The translations under genes and the position numbers were made by a program. Under the pieces are notes generated by a model. The model was not told where the DNA came from and did no database searches. It worked only from the letters and a program-made list of their open reading frames with translations. From assembly GCA_000708835.1 (NCBI GenBank), contig DF237375.1, positions 1 through 64,000 of the forward strand: a stretch of 64,000 nucleotides of DNA, given 5' to 3'. This DNA is from Klebsormidium nitens. Its lineage: Eukaryota > Plantae > Klebsormidiophyceae. Of the stretch, positions 12,906 through 25,684 are shown one piece after another (positions within the stretch are counted from its first letter, which is position 1; the number at the start of each line of letters is the position of its first letter).

Positions 12906-14046
12906 ATGGGGCTTGCGATGCGGGGCTGTGAGCGGATGTCCGTTCTCGTGGGACTTGGGTTCCTGTTCGCAGTAGTTAACGCATACGCTGCCGCGGGGGC
13001 GGTGCGATTGGCGGGCCCGGAAACGGTGGGCGGTATGAGGAACGTAGTAAGCCTTTGATGGAGCCCGTGCAATGCTGACGGAATTATTTTCCTTTTTTGA
13101 ATAATAAGTTGTAAACACCGCTTATCCACAGAGTAACATACGCCGATTGCTAGGTCGAGTACATGTCTGTCAACACTAGGTCAAGATCAGAACGGAATGC
13201 GTTTCCGGAAACGAATGGACGGATGGTAACGGATTTTGCAGTGCTCTCCCATCTTCGCCTTTCGATTCGGCAGGTGTTCACGGCTGGATGATCCGCCAAT
13301 CATCTAAAAGGTGCGCTGCTAACAGAGCGATCTGATCCGTGTTTCATTCAGGTGTATACACTGACTGTCGGACCGTCAGGGCTTCAAGGCACCCTAGGTT
13401 AGTCGAGCTTTCTCCAACATACACTCCGAACCGGAAGCAAAATAGCTTTCTGAATCGTCGGAAGGTTGCTTTTTGCGACTTCCACACAGAAGTTGGCTTG
13501 TGCAATAGCTGCGCAGCATACAATGAATCACACTTTCGAGAGCAGCGAACTTCAGTAGAAAAGATGAGAAGGGGCGGCAAAACCTCGGTAGCATCCTCGT
13601 CATGCTGCTCGTGAAAGTCGCCTGAGTCTGACGTCGAAATCTTCGAGTCGTGTTTTTTCCAAGGTGCTCCTGCGTCTTTTGATAAAGCGACATCTGCCTA
13701 CCAGTCAGGTGGCAGGTGGTCGCCTCTTTTTTACGAGTTGCCGAGTTCTGAGCTGGTTTCAAGTAGAGTACGGGTGGCTGTTGAGCGGGTCTCGAGCAGC
13801 CCTCGTCTACAGCCCTTCATCAAATTGAGCAGCCCTCTTTGACCGTTCACCTCTTTCCTCATTTGCATGCCTGATCCCTTCCCCACCCGTTGAAAAAGCA
13901 CAAGAACCAGAAGCAGGCTCTGTTTTGCGGCAGGTAAACCTGATTTTTCTTTCGCAGATATCAACGGGTTGGCACCCAGCACAGCTGACGTCACGCTGAC
14001 GCTGGCGCCAACCACGTGTTGCACCCCGGCGGGGAGCGGTTGCCAG
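12906..14046 (+). CDS. Putative signal-peptide-bearing 5' exons of a secreted or membrane protein, possibly the 5' end of the gene at 15392-18839
   Basis: Phase-compatible GT-AG chain 12906-13032, 13242-13273, 13352-13397, 13958-14046 gives MGLAMRGCERMSVLVGLGFLFAVVNAYAAAG...DINGLAPSTADVTLTLAPTTCCTPAGSGCQ. The link to downstream exons is not resolved. Confidence 0.4.
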
Positions 14047-15391
14047 GTGGGCTGTCCCGAGCATGCGCAACCAATACCATTAGCAGAGTCACTCCTCATC
14101 TTCAATTCAAGTCGGTCAGATTGAGCCACAGATGTCACATCACGTCTGCTTGCTTATAATCCAAGCCGCCTGCAGCTGGGGACATGATCGAAGCCGGGCG
14201 TATTGTTGGACTCCAAAGCTAATAATATTCCGCAGGCGCCCACTCGTCGAAGTCGCCAAATCAACAGGCTGAGCCGCCCTGTCATGGAGACCGTTTCGTG
14301 TCCGAATTGCGGCCGCCTTGTGAGTTTATCTCGTATTCAACGATCAACCCCTTTGAACTGAAAGGGCAGTCATACAACCTGGAACATAGTAGGTTAACCA
14401 CCCTTCTGCGAGGCGGTTAAAGCCTCGTCAGACACTCCTTACGCTCTTTCCGTTCCGTTTTGTAGGCAGTCACCGTCTTCGGTCGCACGGATGGAGAGGA
14501 GAGATCCTCAGCCATCGGTTCCGCTGTAGGGTGGCGCTTTGGGCTTTCCGCTGAGCAAGTGAGAACGGACGGAACCCAGCGGAACTCCTGATTCAGCCGT
14601 TCCGTTCTTCGTTAAGATACATGAAATCCATTTCTCCTTGTCTTCTGGGGCTGGCTAGCCCATGTCGGCTAAAGAATTTCTGGTCAATTCTGCGAGTACG
14701 AGCCCTCAAACTTGATCTCGAGGAAGTTGATTGCGGCTGCCGACTAAAGCGCTGAATCTTCTGTTTAGATTGCACAATGTCAAGCGCTTTAAATCGACGT
14801 CATAGGACCGCTGTATAGAAGTCACAAACAATACTTCGCATCCGAGTAGCTCGGCCTGTGCGCTGAAAGATTGATTTTGACTCCATCGGACGCATCTCTT
14901 GCAGGACCTTGTCGCGTCTAACACGTGGTGCGATCTCCGCTTGAGCGCCGGGAGCGGCGTTCCGTCTCAGTTCCGCCTATACTTGAACAACTCCGTCGCG
15001 GAACGGCCGGCCCCGACCAGATCAGCTAGCCTATCAGGAACAGGTAAACACGAACAGCTTGGAACGTGAGATCAAGCTATTTTAGGACAGTATTGCAGGA
15101 ACTCGTTGCAGTCAGACAAAGAGCCAGGCTTTCTTTGTTACGTGAATCCGGGGATGATGATGGTCAGAAACAGCAAAGCGGAACAGTTGTCCATTCTATA
15201 AAGAGTTGTCAAGTAACGCTGAAGGTACAAACTGAGCTCGATAGGAACGTCCCGAACCCAGAAACCGGAACGCTTTACTTGGTCCGAGCCTCGAAAAGGT
15301 TCTGATGCCCGGATCTGATCCTGTATGAAACAATGGGCTCGAAAAACACGAGTGTTCATCGCGTCGAAGTTTTGCGCTCTCCTCCGTGCAG

Positions 15392-18300
15392 TATCATGTC
15401 CAGCTGGCACCTTTGTAGTGGTTTACCTGGGCAACCCGTCGTGCCAGCAGAACTGCACAATCGACCAGACCTTTGTGAGTGCCCCTCGAATTTCCCCTGT
15501 CTCATTCGAGCCCCTCTTTTGGCAACAGCGCAATGTCACGAGATGTTCAATCTAGCATTTCAGCTTTATGGGTCTTTTCTTCAATGCAGGAGAACGTTCT
15601 CGAGGCAGTAGTAACGGGTCAGAGGTTTTCTCAAGGATTTACTCTTTTGTTATGAACGGCGGTTTCTATTATTGGGAGAAGCAGAAAACTTCTGGCTACA
15701 AGCAATCAAACCACATCCAGATGAACGTTTTTCCGAGCAAACGCACTACATCCAGGTCGAAGGTAACGACAACTAAACAGCCCAAAAAAGCAGAGCCCAA
15801 GAATACCCCATTCTAGGCTTCAAGACCCCGAAAGCCAAAACTTGCCCGTTCTGACAAACCCGATTCCGTTAACTCAGGTGAACGACGGTGTGAACCGGCC
15901 GAGCTGCGTCCAAGTTGACTGCGCCAAGAAGTATGCGAGCAAGCCGGTGTATGATCCGGTGACGCAGCTTTGCATAGCCACCACCGCCACCGACTGCCTC
16001 CTGGTGAGAATACGCTCCGTGTACCACGATCGCACGGTCCGAAGGCTTCTGGTGGCAATTAACGGTTGATTGCTTCTCCGCTTTGATCATGTTGCAGTTT
16101 CAAGATATTGACCATATTTGTACGAAGGACTAGAGGGCCCGGCCAGCGTAAACGCTGAACGGTGGAGATGTTTCAGAACCCATCAATGTCTAGACACACC
16201 AACTAACATGAGCTCTGGATCTGGAAGTTGATAAAGTTGATTTGACACGTGTCCCCGCCGTCGCTTGCTGACCAGTGAGCTTCTCTCGCAGAACTGCAAT
16301 ACCCCTTCGGGCAGCAGCGGCGGGGGCGTTCTGGTGGCGGGGCCCAGCGCGGTGAGTGTCCTCAAGAAAATGACCATGTTGTTTTAGTTAAGCGGGAATC
16401 TTAGAGGTCAGCTAGGATGTCTCATCGTAGCAATCGCTTACCAGTCCTGACCAAGATGTTATCTTTCAAATTTTAGTCGATTTGACAACTTTAGACCGTG
16501 CGTAATATAAGAGCCGCTCCGCCATCTGCATTTGCTTCTGGTTAGTGACCCGTGATTATCAAACCCTGGGTTACCCGACCTCAAATGCAAGTTTTGGCCG
16601 TCCCTAATCGTCCGCACAACCAGAGCAATCCGGGCTCTCATTTGCCACCGCGGACCTCTTACCGCAAACAACACCAGCTGCTTTTGCGGTTGCTATGGTA
16701 TAACAACGGTTGTAAACCCGGTTCTCGCTAACTATCCGCAGAACCAGACCGTTTCTGCCCCCAACTGTCACCACGGCACCCCCACAGCGGACAACTCCAG
16801 CTGCGTTTGCGATTTGGGTTACCAAACCGCGGCGGGTCAGGACTTCAGCAAGTACCAGTGGTGCACGGTGGTCGCCGTGGTCAACGCTAACCCGAGCGGG
16901 TCAGGCAGCAACGGCTCCAGTTATGTCGTAACCCAGGCGGCGAGCAACAGCACATCGACGGCGGTAGGTTTGATTTCACCAGATCTTAGAAAGAAGCAAT
17001 TTCGAAGGTCAGGTGGCGACTAACACTGCGTATTCATCGCATCTCTGTCGCCGGAGAATCGCGTCCGGTTCAACCTCTTGGAACAGCAAGTACGTTAAGT
17101 ACGATAAAAGACCTCGTAGGATTTGAGATGTTAAAGAAAGACGCCGTTGAGACAGCCCGCTCCCAAAGTCTACCATTTGACGAGTAACAAAAGATCGTGA
17201 GAGGCAAAGATGTCAAGACGTCGAAGCCGAGTCACTCTCCGTACGCTATGTGCAAAAGGAAGCATTCTCACCGTTCAATTGGCCCTCAAACTTTGGCCAC
17301 GGGCAAATGAAGTAATCAAACCCTCCTTTCAATTTCGTTGCGACCCGGCGCCCTTCGCTTTTCCCATCATCTCAATTTCAATGAACGTGTGTGAAGATCC
17401 ACAGTCGTTATTTCCACCTTAGGGCCCTTCGCTTTTAGCAATTTCTCAATTGTAGATACGATAGCTCGATTACCACGTGACATGTAGAATAATTGCACAG
17501 GCGATCCTGGGGGGCGCACTTGGCGGCAGCGCTTTCCTCTGCTGCACGTGCGGGTGCTGCTGGTACTGGCGCCGGCGGCGCGCGCGCGCGCGCGAGTCGG
17601 AGGACGAGGAGCGCGAGCGGCCGCGCAGGAAGAAGCGCGGAAAGAAGGACGGAAAGAAGGGCGAAAAGAAAGAGCGGAAGAGGAGAGGCAGCGAATCGGA
17701 TGGCGAGGTGAAAAGGATATGATGCGAAAGTGGCGAAACTGACAGTTTACAATTTGGGCCGGTCAAAGTGGATTGAATTATCGTGCCTTGTTGAGTGCAT
17801 AGTCTACAAAGCGGTAATCTTTTTACATCCGCGGATCTGGGGGTTGCTGAGAGTTCAAAGTAACCAACTCGCCAAGGATCGTCACTTCATTGACAAGAGT
17901 TTCCGGAGCTACTGAGATCAACGTACAACAGTTGCAAATCATGCATGCTCGTAAACGCTGATGCAGGAGTCGAGAATCTACAAAATACAAAGCATTAATC
18001 CATATGAGGAAACGTTCGGTCGTATCTGCTTGATTGAAACTTGAGGAGAGCGTGGTGTGGACCGCTACGTCGAACGAAGCCTGGTGTGAACCTAGTTTCT
18101 TTTCCTTCGAGTGAAAACGGGGCCATCCCATTCTGTGCCAGATCGAGACGGGTTCCTTAACCCCCACATACTTCGTAATTCTCCCCGACCTTTCATTCAT
18201 CCTCGAACGCGGTCAAAGACGAAGTCATCAAACTGCTGCAGAGATCATATTTCTCGCTTCCGTTGCTCACAGGAGCCGCCCGCGCCTTCCCCCGGGCCAT

Positions 18301-18839
18301 CATCGCCGAGCAGCGGCACGGCCATGCTGAGCCCCCCGGTCTCTCCACCCGGGCAGTGGAACGTCCCCCCCCAAATGATGTATCCTCCGTACGGTGACCC
18401 CCGTTTCTCCATGGGGGGGTTCCCGCGGCATTCTGTCATGGGCGGCCCTACCCCCCTGATGCCGATGATGGGCGGTACAGCTTACCCGGGGTATCCGCAG
18501 CAGCCGGTTGGTACCGTCATGGGACCGTCGGGGGAGGTTTACCTGGAGCAGAACCCGTACCTCGTGCAAGACTTTCGTATGGGCGCCCCGAGCGTGATCG
18601 GGGGGATGCGCGCAAGCGGCGCCAGCGTTTTCCCGGGAGATATGCGCGCAAGCGGCGCCAGCGTTTTCCCGGGAGATATGCGCACGAGCGGCGCTGGCGT
18701 TTTCCCAGGGGACATGCGCGCGAGCGTGATGGGGCTTCCCCCGGGGGGAATGCGCGCGAGCGGCGGGAGCGTTTTTCCGGGCGGGGGAGCGTATCCGATC
18801 CAAATGGGACTTAACATGTACGAACCGTATCGGGGATGA
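15392..18839 (+). CDS. Single-pass type I membrane protein: Cys-rich/EGF-like ectodomain, TM helix, Cys cluster, basic stretch, Pro/Gly/Met-rich tail
   Basis: Exons 15392-15474, 15878-16003, 16292-16351, 16742-16963, 17501-17707, 18273-18839; all five junctions are phase 0 and GT-AG. EGF-like CHHGTPTADNSSCVCDLGY...QWC; TM AILGGALGGSAFLCCTCGCCWYW followed by RRRR. Start codon not located. Confidence 0.7.
16611..16700 (+). pseudogene. Intronic decayed duplicate (pseudo-exon) of the acceptor and start of exon 16742
   Basis: ctaatcgtccgcaC|aaccagagc...tgccaccgcgga...aacaacaccagctgcttttgc aligns with ctaactatccgcaG|aaccagacc...tgtcaccacggc...gacaactccagctgcgtttgc. Acceptor CAG changed to CAC, plus a 1-bp indel. 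Confidence 0.65.
18600..18780 (+). repeat. Coding 36-bp tandem repeat, 12-aa unit GDMRASGASVFP, about 5 copies
   Basis: gggagatatgcgcgcaagcggcgccagcgttttccc and variants repeated in frame in the last exon. Confidence 0.85.
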
Positions 18840-20239
18840 GCTGAAACATGACTTCCACGCTCAACGAGAGTTTTCAGTCTCCAATTGTAACACCAGAACA
18901 ACCTGAATTGATTCGATCAGCGACAGGCGCAACAGGTGACGTATGTGAACCGTCTCAGCTATTTCTACTGCAGTAGGCCGAGAGTTCCTGAAATCTCCGA
19001 TCCGGATGTAGAATCACTATTCGAGCGATTATGTTGTCGGCCTGTTTGCTTTCCCCGATAGGCGCGCTCGCCGACTTCAAATGGGGTTGAGAGACTGCCA
19101 CAAGTCTCTAAGCAAGTAGACTCATGAAACGAGCACCGTTGATCTGAAGCCGCACGTCCCTTTTGGTAGAAGTGTTGCTTTGTCAATTGACCGAATGTCT
19201 GGACTTCTTTGACGATCGGCTGGGTGGCCCGCCATGCATGGATCGGAAGCGACTGTCGAAGCTCAATTGTCAATTTGGCCCGTTGTCGGTACCTTTTGCT
19301 AGCGAATTATTTTTGCCTATTATTTCCAACTCGTCAAGAAAAAACTGAGACCGTGTAAAGCGTTGATTTTTACCGACCTGAATTGTACGGGTTTGGGAAA
19401 CCCCTTTTTGACAAAATTGTACGTAATCTGAACATTCGAAGGCACTTGTCCGCCTCGCTTATATATCTGTGCTTGCCAGTATAGGTATAACATATGGTAC
19501 ACACTTTATCATGGTCTACATGGCGACCAACGGCCGGCGCCTAACAGAACGTTTTCACACTTACAGATGTGCAGATGTAAAGCCGGTAGCAATTTAATTG
19601 GTAATCGAGAGATACGTTGCGCTTCTCCATGTTCTTCCAAAAGTTACAAATATGTTCGCAAACCCGTACAAGACAGCGATATCAATCCCATTGGAAGCAC
19701 GTCATCACTCGTCTTGCGGAACGTGCGTCTGTCCGAGCATGGGATTACATTGTTCATGCAAATGCCGCAAATCGAACTGTCGACCTATGCACGAGCTTCG
19801 CTAACGCGTGCCCGGTTACCAACGAACAGAGGCACAACATAGCCATGGCGACTTGCCACAAATGATGGTTTCCGCCTTAAAGTTGGTTTGGAGCTGAATG
19901 AAGACACCGAAAATTTGATTGCAGATGCGAGCTTTCAGCGCCCGATGATGCGTTCGGGACGCCATCGTGTGCGACATGCAATTCATATATTCATGCCAAC
20001 TGATGCATGCGTTTCAGTAGACGTTTGTTTGTCCACTGCATACCTTTGACCGCATACGCCCCTCAATGCTGTTGCACTTTCGGCCGATAACCTGCGCTCT
20101 ACTCCGTCCACTAAACCGAACCTCGCGATTTTCGCACAATAAACTCCTCAAGGGGCAAAACAGTAGACTCGAGTCCGCGTCACCTCCCATCACATATCCG
20201 CTTCCTTAAAACCCCCCAGCCTGGCACTCAAACCCACTC

Positions 20240-23200
20240 TCATCTCCCCGACTCCATCGCCGATCCCCCTTGAGCGGCCGCCTGCTGCGCCTGCGCGGTC
20301 GCGACCTCCGTCTGCGCGGCCGTCAGCAGCTGCGCGGCCGCGTCGGCCGCCATGCCCGTCGCCGCCGCGCGCGCCATAAACGCCTGGTGCTCGGCGGGCC
20401 CCCCGGCCGCGGCTTGCAGCGCCGATTGCCGGGCGTCTGCCAGGGCCTGGGGGCTGAGAGCGGCGCCCAGGGGAGGCGTACCGGGGACAACTGGAGTTGG
20501 AACGGGCGTTGGAGCAACGACAACTTGCGGCTGCGTGGAAGGAAACGAAAGTAAAGTGTCAACGATGTTTTGAAGAAGCGGCCCGTAGTCTGCACAGTAG
20601 AGCGCCCAGATGAGACAATCCGGGGAGCAATCGGGGCTGAGACGGGCGTCGGGGCGATGACAACTTCTTCGATCAGCGGCCTTCGCTAACATGAAAGAAC
20701 CAGTTAAAAGACCTTTCTAAACTTGCTGCGGCCCTTATTGCCCACCGCTCATCGAGCAACTAATTACTAAATCGAACTGTTTTGGCTTCATTTTCCAAAT
20801 GTTTCAAAGAACGGGTGCTGAGATTGTTTTCAGTGCTGCGTTGACCTCGTAACTTGCCCCAGTCTATCCGCAGTCGGAATCCTAGCTCAGCATCGACGAC
20901 ATTGATCGTGTGGGATTGTTTTCTGTCAGGGTGAAGATTTCGCCTGTTGTTAAAACTTGATGAAGAAGTACAATTCTCCCCGAACTTGTGAAGAGCGACT
21001 GAAATACAAACCACCCAACCATTCAAAACGGGCTTTGCCCCGCGAACAACTAGGTTCGAGAATCTTCCTCACCTGCTGCGGCTTCCCTTCCCCACAACCG
21101 ACTGCGCCGCTTGGGCTGCCAACAAGGACAACTAGAGCGAGACCTTTCTCACCTGCTGCGGCATCCCCGCGACCACCGACTGCGCCGCTTGCGCTGCCAG
21201 CGCCTGCTGCGCCGCCGTCTTCGCCATCTGCTCCTCGGACGTCTTCGCGGCCGCGTCGCGCGTCGCGGCCGCCTGCTCCGAAATGGCGCTCGCGGCCGCC
21301 TCCTTGGCCGCGGTCTGAGCGGCTTCCGAAGCCGCCTGGATCAGAAACGAAGCCCCAGTTACGTTTCAGTCAAACCCGCGCTGAATTGAAGAATTTTTAG
21401 GACTTAAATGAATCCATGTCAAAGACACTCTAGGCGGAGGTCGAAAAGGCGCCAAGAGGACTGTGAAGATACAGTGAACGACGAAAGGCGAAGCTAGTCT
21501 CGCGGTCTGAGCGGCTTCCGAGGCCGCCTGGATCAGAAACGGGCTCCGGTAAGCTAAGGGGTCGGGATCGCGGAGTTTCGTATCTAGGATAAAATCTAAG
21601 CGCGCCTCCTCTAGAGGTCGAGGAAAGCATTTTGATCGGGAAAAACCGAACAGAGAAGCGGAAGCAAGTCTCCTCCTTGGCCGCGGTCTGCGCGGCTTCC
21701 GAGGCCGCTTGATAAAAAAACGGGTCCCCAGCTAAATTAGAAGGCTTAAAAATAAAGACTTTCGAGACTCAAGCGCGCCTCTGGTGGAGGTCGATAGTTG
21801 CGTCATCAACACATCCAAAGACCAGAAGACCAAAAAGGATTACGGTAAGCAAGACGCAGACGGTTAATCCGAAATACCTCAAGGCGCTCCGGTCAAAAAC
21901 GATTTTCGAACCGAGACAAGGAAGAGACTGACTGTTTCTCAGAAATATAAAGACCTGTGAGCACATTTTTCTGCCAAGCAATTAAAAGCGACGCCAGTAT
22001 CTAAAGCCGCCTTTGACGCCTCGTCTGACAACAAACATTTTCGGGTCGAGAGTTGGGTCCAGGATAAAAACTTCCTGTTCTGAAGTGACTACTGCGAGAG
22101 CAAGCTTTTGGAAGATCTTGCGTCATTTGAAGAGCGTGTCGAGAGGACGGAAATCCAACGCGCCCTCCCATCAGTCGCGATCGAGTTGCTTCTGCTGCCG
22201 CTGGAGCAAAATGGTGCTCACAAATGTCGGGCTAAAACAACGTACAAAAGCTTCATTATTTGTAACTTCGCTCGACTGAAAACCTGTTTTGAGAAACGGG
22301 TCTGAAGGAACGAAGACACGAAGGTAATCTTTGGCCACGAATTGAGCTGCCCATCCTCGAGGCCGTTTGAAATCCAAGAGGCACACGCTTCGCTTCGCAT
22401 GAAATAAAGGAGCATAAGCAGAAAATTAGAAATGCTCCATGACGTGAGCGAAGCCCATTGACATAGCCAGTGGCCGAAGCCGTTTCTGGAACCGCAGTCA
22501 GAGGTCCAGAGCAGGGGTGCCAACACTTTATGTCTGGCACGAAGTGGATATTAAGACGTTCAATCAAGCCCAGCGTCAAGAGACCAGAGCAAAGCTTTGT
22601 GGCCATGTTTTGGACCAGTCTTTATGAGGTGCCTCATTCTGAAACCTTTCCCTGAGTTGCAACCATGGAGAGAAAAGACTTTGAACAGAAGGGGAAAGCC
22701 GAAATCGAAAAGTCACAGGGGGGGGGCTCTCCGATTCAATCGGTGCGGATCAACTTCATGTGGAGTATGCTCTTTCCCAAGGACCCAAAAACTCCCACCA
22801 CAGATAACCAAATTCTAATGAACCGAGTGTCTCGATCTGTGCATAAAAGCATCCAACTTGTGCACAAATCCTGAAAATGCATTTTCAAGAAACAACGGTG
22901 GATGTTTCCCGATTTTAGGAGAGATTTCTATAACAACATAGCGCAGGTTACAATTACGGAATACTTGACACTCCTCACAGAATGACACCTCCAATCTAAC
23001 CCCAAAACGAGCTCATAGTCAAAACCCCACATTGTATGACGGTATTCCTCAATACGACCTCCTCAGCTTGCAACATCACCGCAGCAGGTGATGCCGTAGA
23101 AGGTAAGAGCTTTGGTGCATTATAAATATTCGATTGCGAACTCCTCTCACTTGAGAATCCGGCGACAAGTTTCATTGTCTCCAACTATCTTGGACCAACA

Positions 23201-23940
23201 GCACACCAACGCTTTCAAATCTTTCAGCTACAAGTAACTTTATCTCTCAAAGGATCGCACCTGCTTTTTGGTGTTCTCCTCCTTTGGCAACTCTTACAAA
23301 AATTGCAATAAAAGGATCAACCATATTGAAGACAAACTGACACCATGAAAATGCGCGCTTCGCACCAACCACCAACCAGTCCTGCAATTCGTTCTTATCT
23401 CAACGTGCATGCAAATGTGAGTACTGTTCAGGCCCTTGGAAAGCCCATATCGAACCAGAAAGCAAAAGGGAGACAACAAACCCAATTTTGTCAGCATAAA
23501 TGAAGCGTTCTTATAGACATTAAGTGGCTCTCTTGCTCAGCTCACACCCAAACCCGAAACCCAGACCCAGACCCAGACCCAGACCTGGAATTAGATCCAA
23601 AGTTGCTCACCTGCACCGCCGCCTGTTGCTTGACCTGCGTCTCCTGCGCTGCCTTCATCCCCAGCTCCTGCGCCGCTTGCTGCTTCTGCGCCGCTAGCAT
23701 AGCCATTTCCTGAGCCTGCTTTTGCGCCTGAACCGCTGCCATGGACGCCTTCTGCGCCTGTTCTTGCAGAGACAGGGGCCTGGGTTCTCCCTGCTGCTCA
23801 CCCCCCCCCTGCTGGCCCTGCTGCTGACCCCCCCCTTCTTGGCCCTGCTGCTGACCCCCCCCCTGCTGCTGCTGCTGTTCACCCCCCTGTTCCGGGGGAG
23901 CCTGCTTCTTGACGGCCGGTCCTTGCCCCTGGGATGCCAT
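20240..23940 (-). CDS. Orphan low-complexity Gln/Gly/Ala-rich protein (~267 aa), no recognised domain
   Basis: Exons 23940-23611 (MASQGQG...QQQGGG repeats...KQQAAVQ), 21335-21153 (AASEAAQTAAKEAAA...GMPQQ) and 20530-20240. All phase 0 with good GT/AG sites and coding-like GC content. Confidence 0.65.
21068..21730 (-). repeat. Degenerate intronic duplicates of both splice junctions of exon 21335-21153
   Basis: cgcggtctgagcggcttccga..gccgcctggatcagaaac recurs at 21309, 21501 and 21682 (period ~190 bp). The donor end ctcacctgctgcgg...ccgactgcgccgcttg is duplicated at ~21068-21125. Confidence 0.8.
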
Positions 23941-25684
23941 TGCTAGAAAAGGTGCTGAATGAATGTGGACTTGGAGTCTTGCTGTCAGGCAGCTGCCAAA
24001 GTGCATGCACGAGTGACTCTAGCTGAATATGAATCTCAGTCTCTAAACGTATCAAGCTGTGCAATTTCGATGTGCTTCAGCTTTCAAACGGTTCAAAAGC
24101 TGCCCAACAAGTTTCTGCCTCTGGAAGCTCGACCTTCTTCCACTTTGCGAAAACGAGTCAGCCTTCTTTCTGCCAGTCCCTTTTCCAACGATTTGTCGGG
24201 AAAACAAGCGGTCTTCCTTCGACCCGTCCGTTTCACTGGAAAGCGGGTGAACCAGGTTCCGTGTGCAATGCTCTAATACGGGGTTTGACGCGCCAGGAAG
24301 ACACAGCGCTCTCGTGTGCGTACGAAGGCAAGGAATCCTCTCGGAGAAGTACGAACTCATCAGCGCCTCAGGTTCGACGATTGGAAAGCGCAATCTGAAC
24401 TCAAGGCCTCTGGCAGCAAGCTGCGAAAGCTAGATTGCACGGCAAGCAGCTGAGCAAATAACAGCCAGCAGCTCGAAGCCGCAGTGGACAGTTCGATACC
24501 CGCTGGTTATGATCTTCGATAATCTTAGCTGCAGATCCGCCACATTCGACTCGAGTGGTCAAATGAAGCAGCGAAATTGGCAAGCTAGGTAGCCTGAACG
24601 GCTCAGCTGCGCGCTCAGTGTGCATGCAAGCTGCAGTGTCGGCGCGACGTACGCTGGGCAACGAGGGACCACGTTGCATGATTGACACGAGTGAAACCGG
24701 TGCATTATACAGGCGCGGCGCGCCGGCCGGTCGGAGCCCGGTCGGAGCTGCCGGTTTGTCACGGTCGACTTCGATACGGTCTGACTGGTCACCGGGCGTG
24801 CCGTCGTGAGGAACGGCACTCCGACCGACGACAAGTCTGGGAAGCCGGCCCTACCGTAGCTCGCGGACAGGCAGATTGCAAGCTCCAAAGCTGAAAAGCT
24901 ACTAGGTAGCTAGAGCTGATTAAGCTTTGTTTCCGGATTGCATGGATTGACTGATCATTCGCTGGCCGCGGTGGCACGATGCCGATGCAAGATCTTAATT
25001 TGCATACCGTCTCGTCGTACAGTTGGTCAGCTACTCCATGATACATCTGGCTTGCAGATCTCGAAGTGCCAGCTAGGTGTTCTTTCTTTTTTCTTAATTA
25101 CTCTAAGACGATAAACGTGCACATATGCATAGATTCCCTATTAGTATGATTTGTATTTACTGGAGGCCTGCATGGAGATCATATATGTTTGCAAATGCTG
25201 GAGCGGCAGACAATATGACTGGAGCCGTGCGGGCGCCGCGGGCCACTGCCATACTATCCAAACATGCCATCATGAATACTGATATGTTACCGCCGCGATA
25301 ATAAGGCCACAACCTGATGTTATCGACACAAGTGATCGATTGGCTATCCGTCTAGTCCGATAGACAAGCGAACCGCTCGCGAACGAGAAATGGATTCCCA
25401 AACAAATGAGCCTTGCGATGGCGAGAAACTGACCAACATTCGAAGTCAATAAACCAATTGGCAAAGCATGCGTGCAAACAGTACCTGATATGCCTCGGAA
25501 AGCGAGTGAAAATGGGTGCAATCAATGCAAGTTGCTGCGCGACGACCCAGAGCTGAACTTACAGGTAGTGCTTACAAAATTTTAGAAATTGGAGGCAAGC
25601 TCGCCCGGCATCATATAATGCGCCGGGGTTCTATCTATGTCGCATAAAAGGCCGTTGTCCGGTTTTCCTTGGTGTTAGCCAAAC

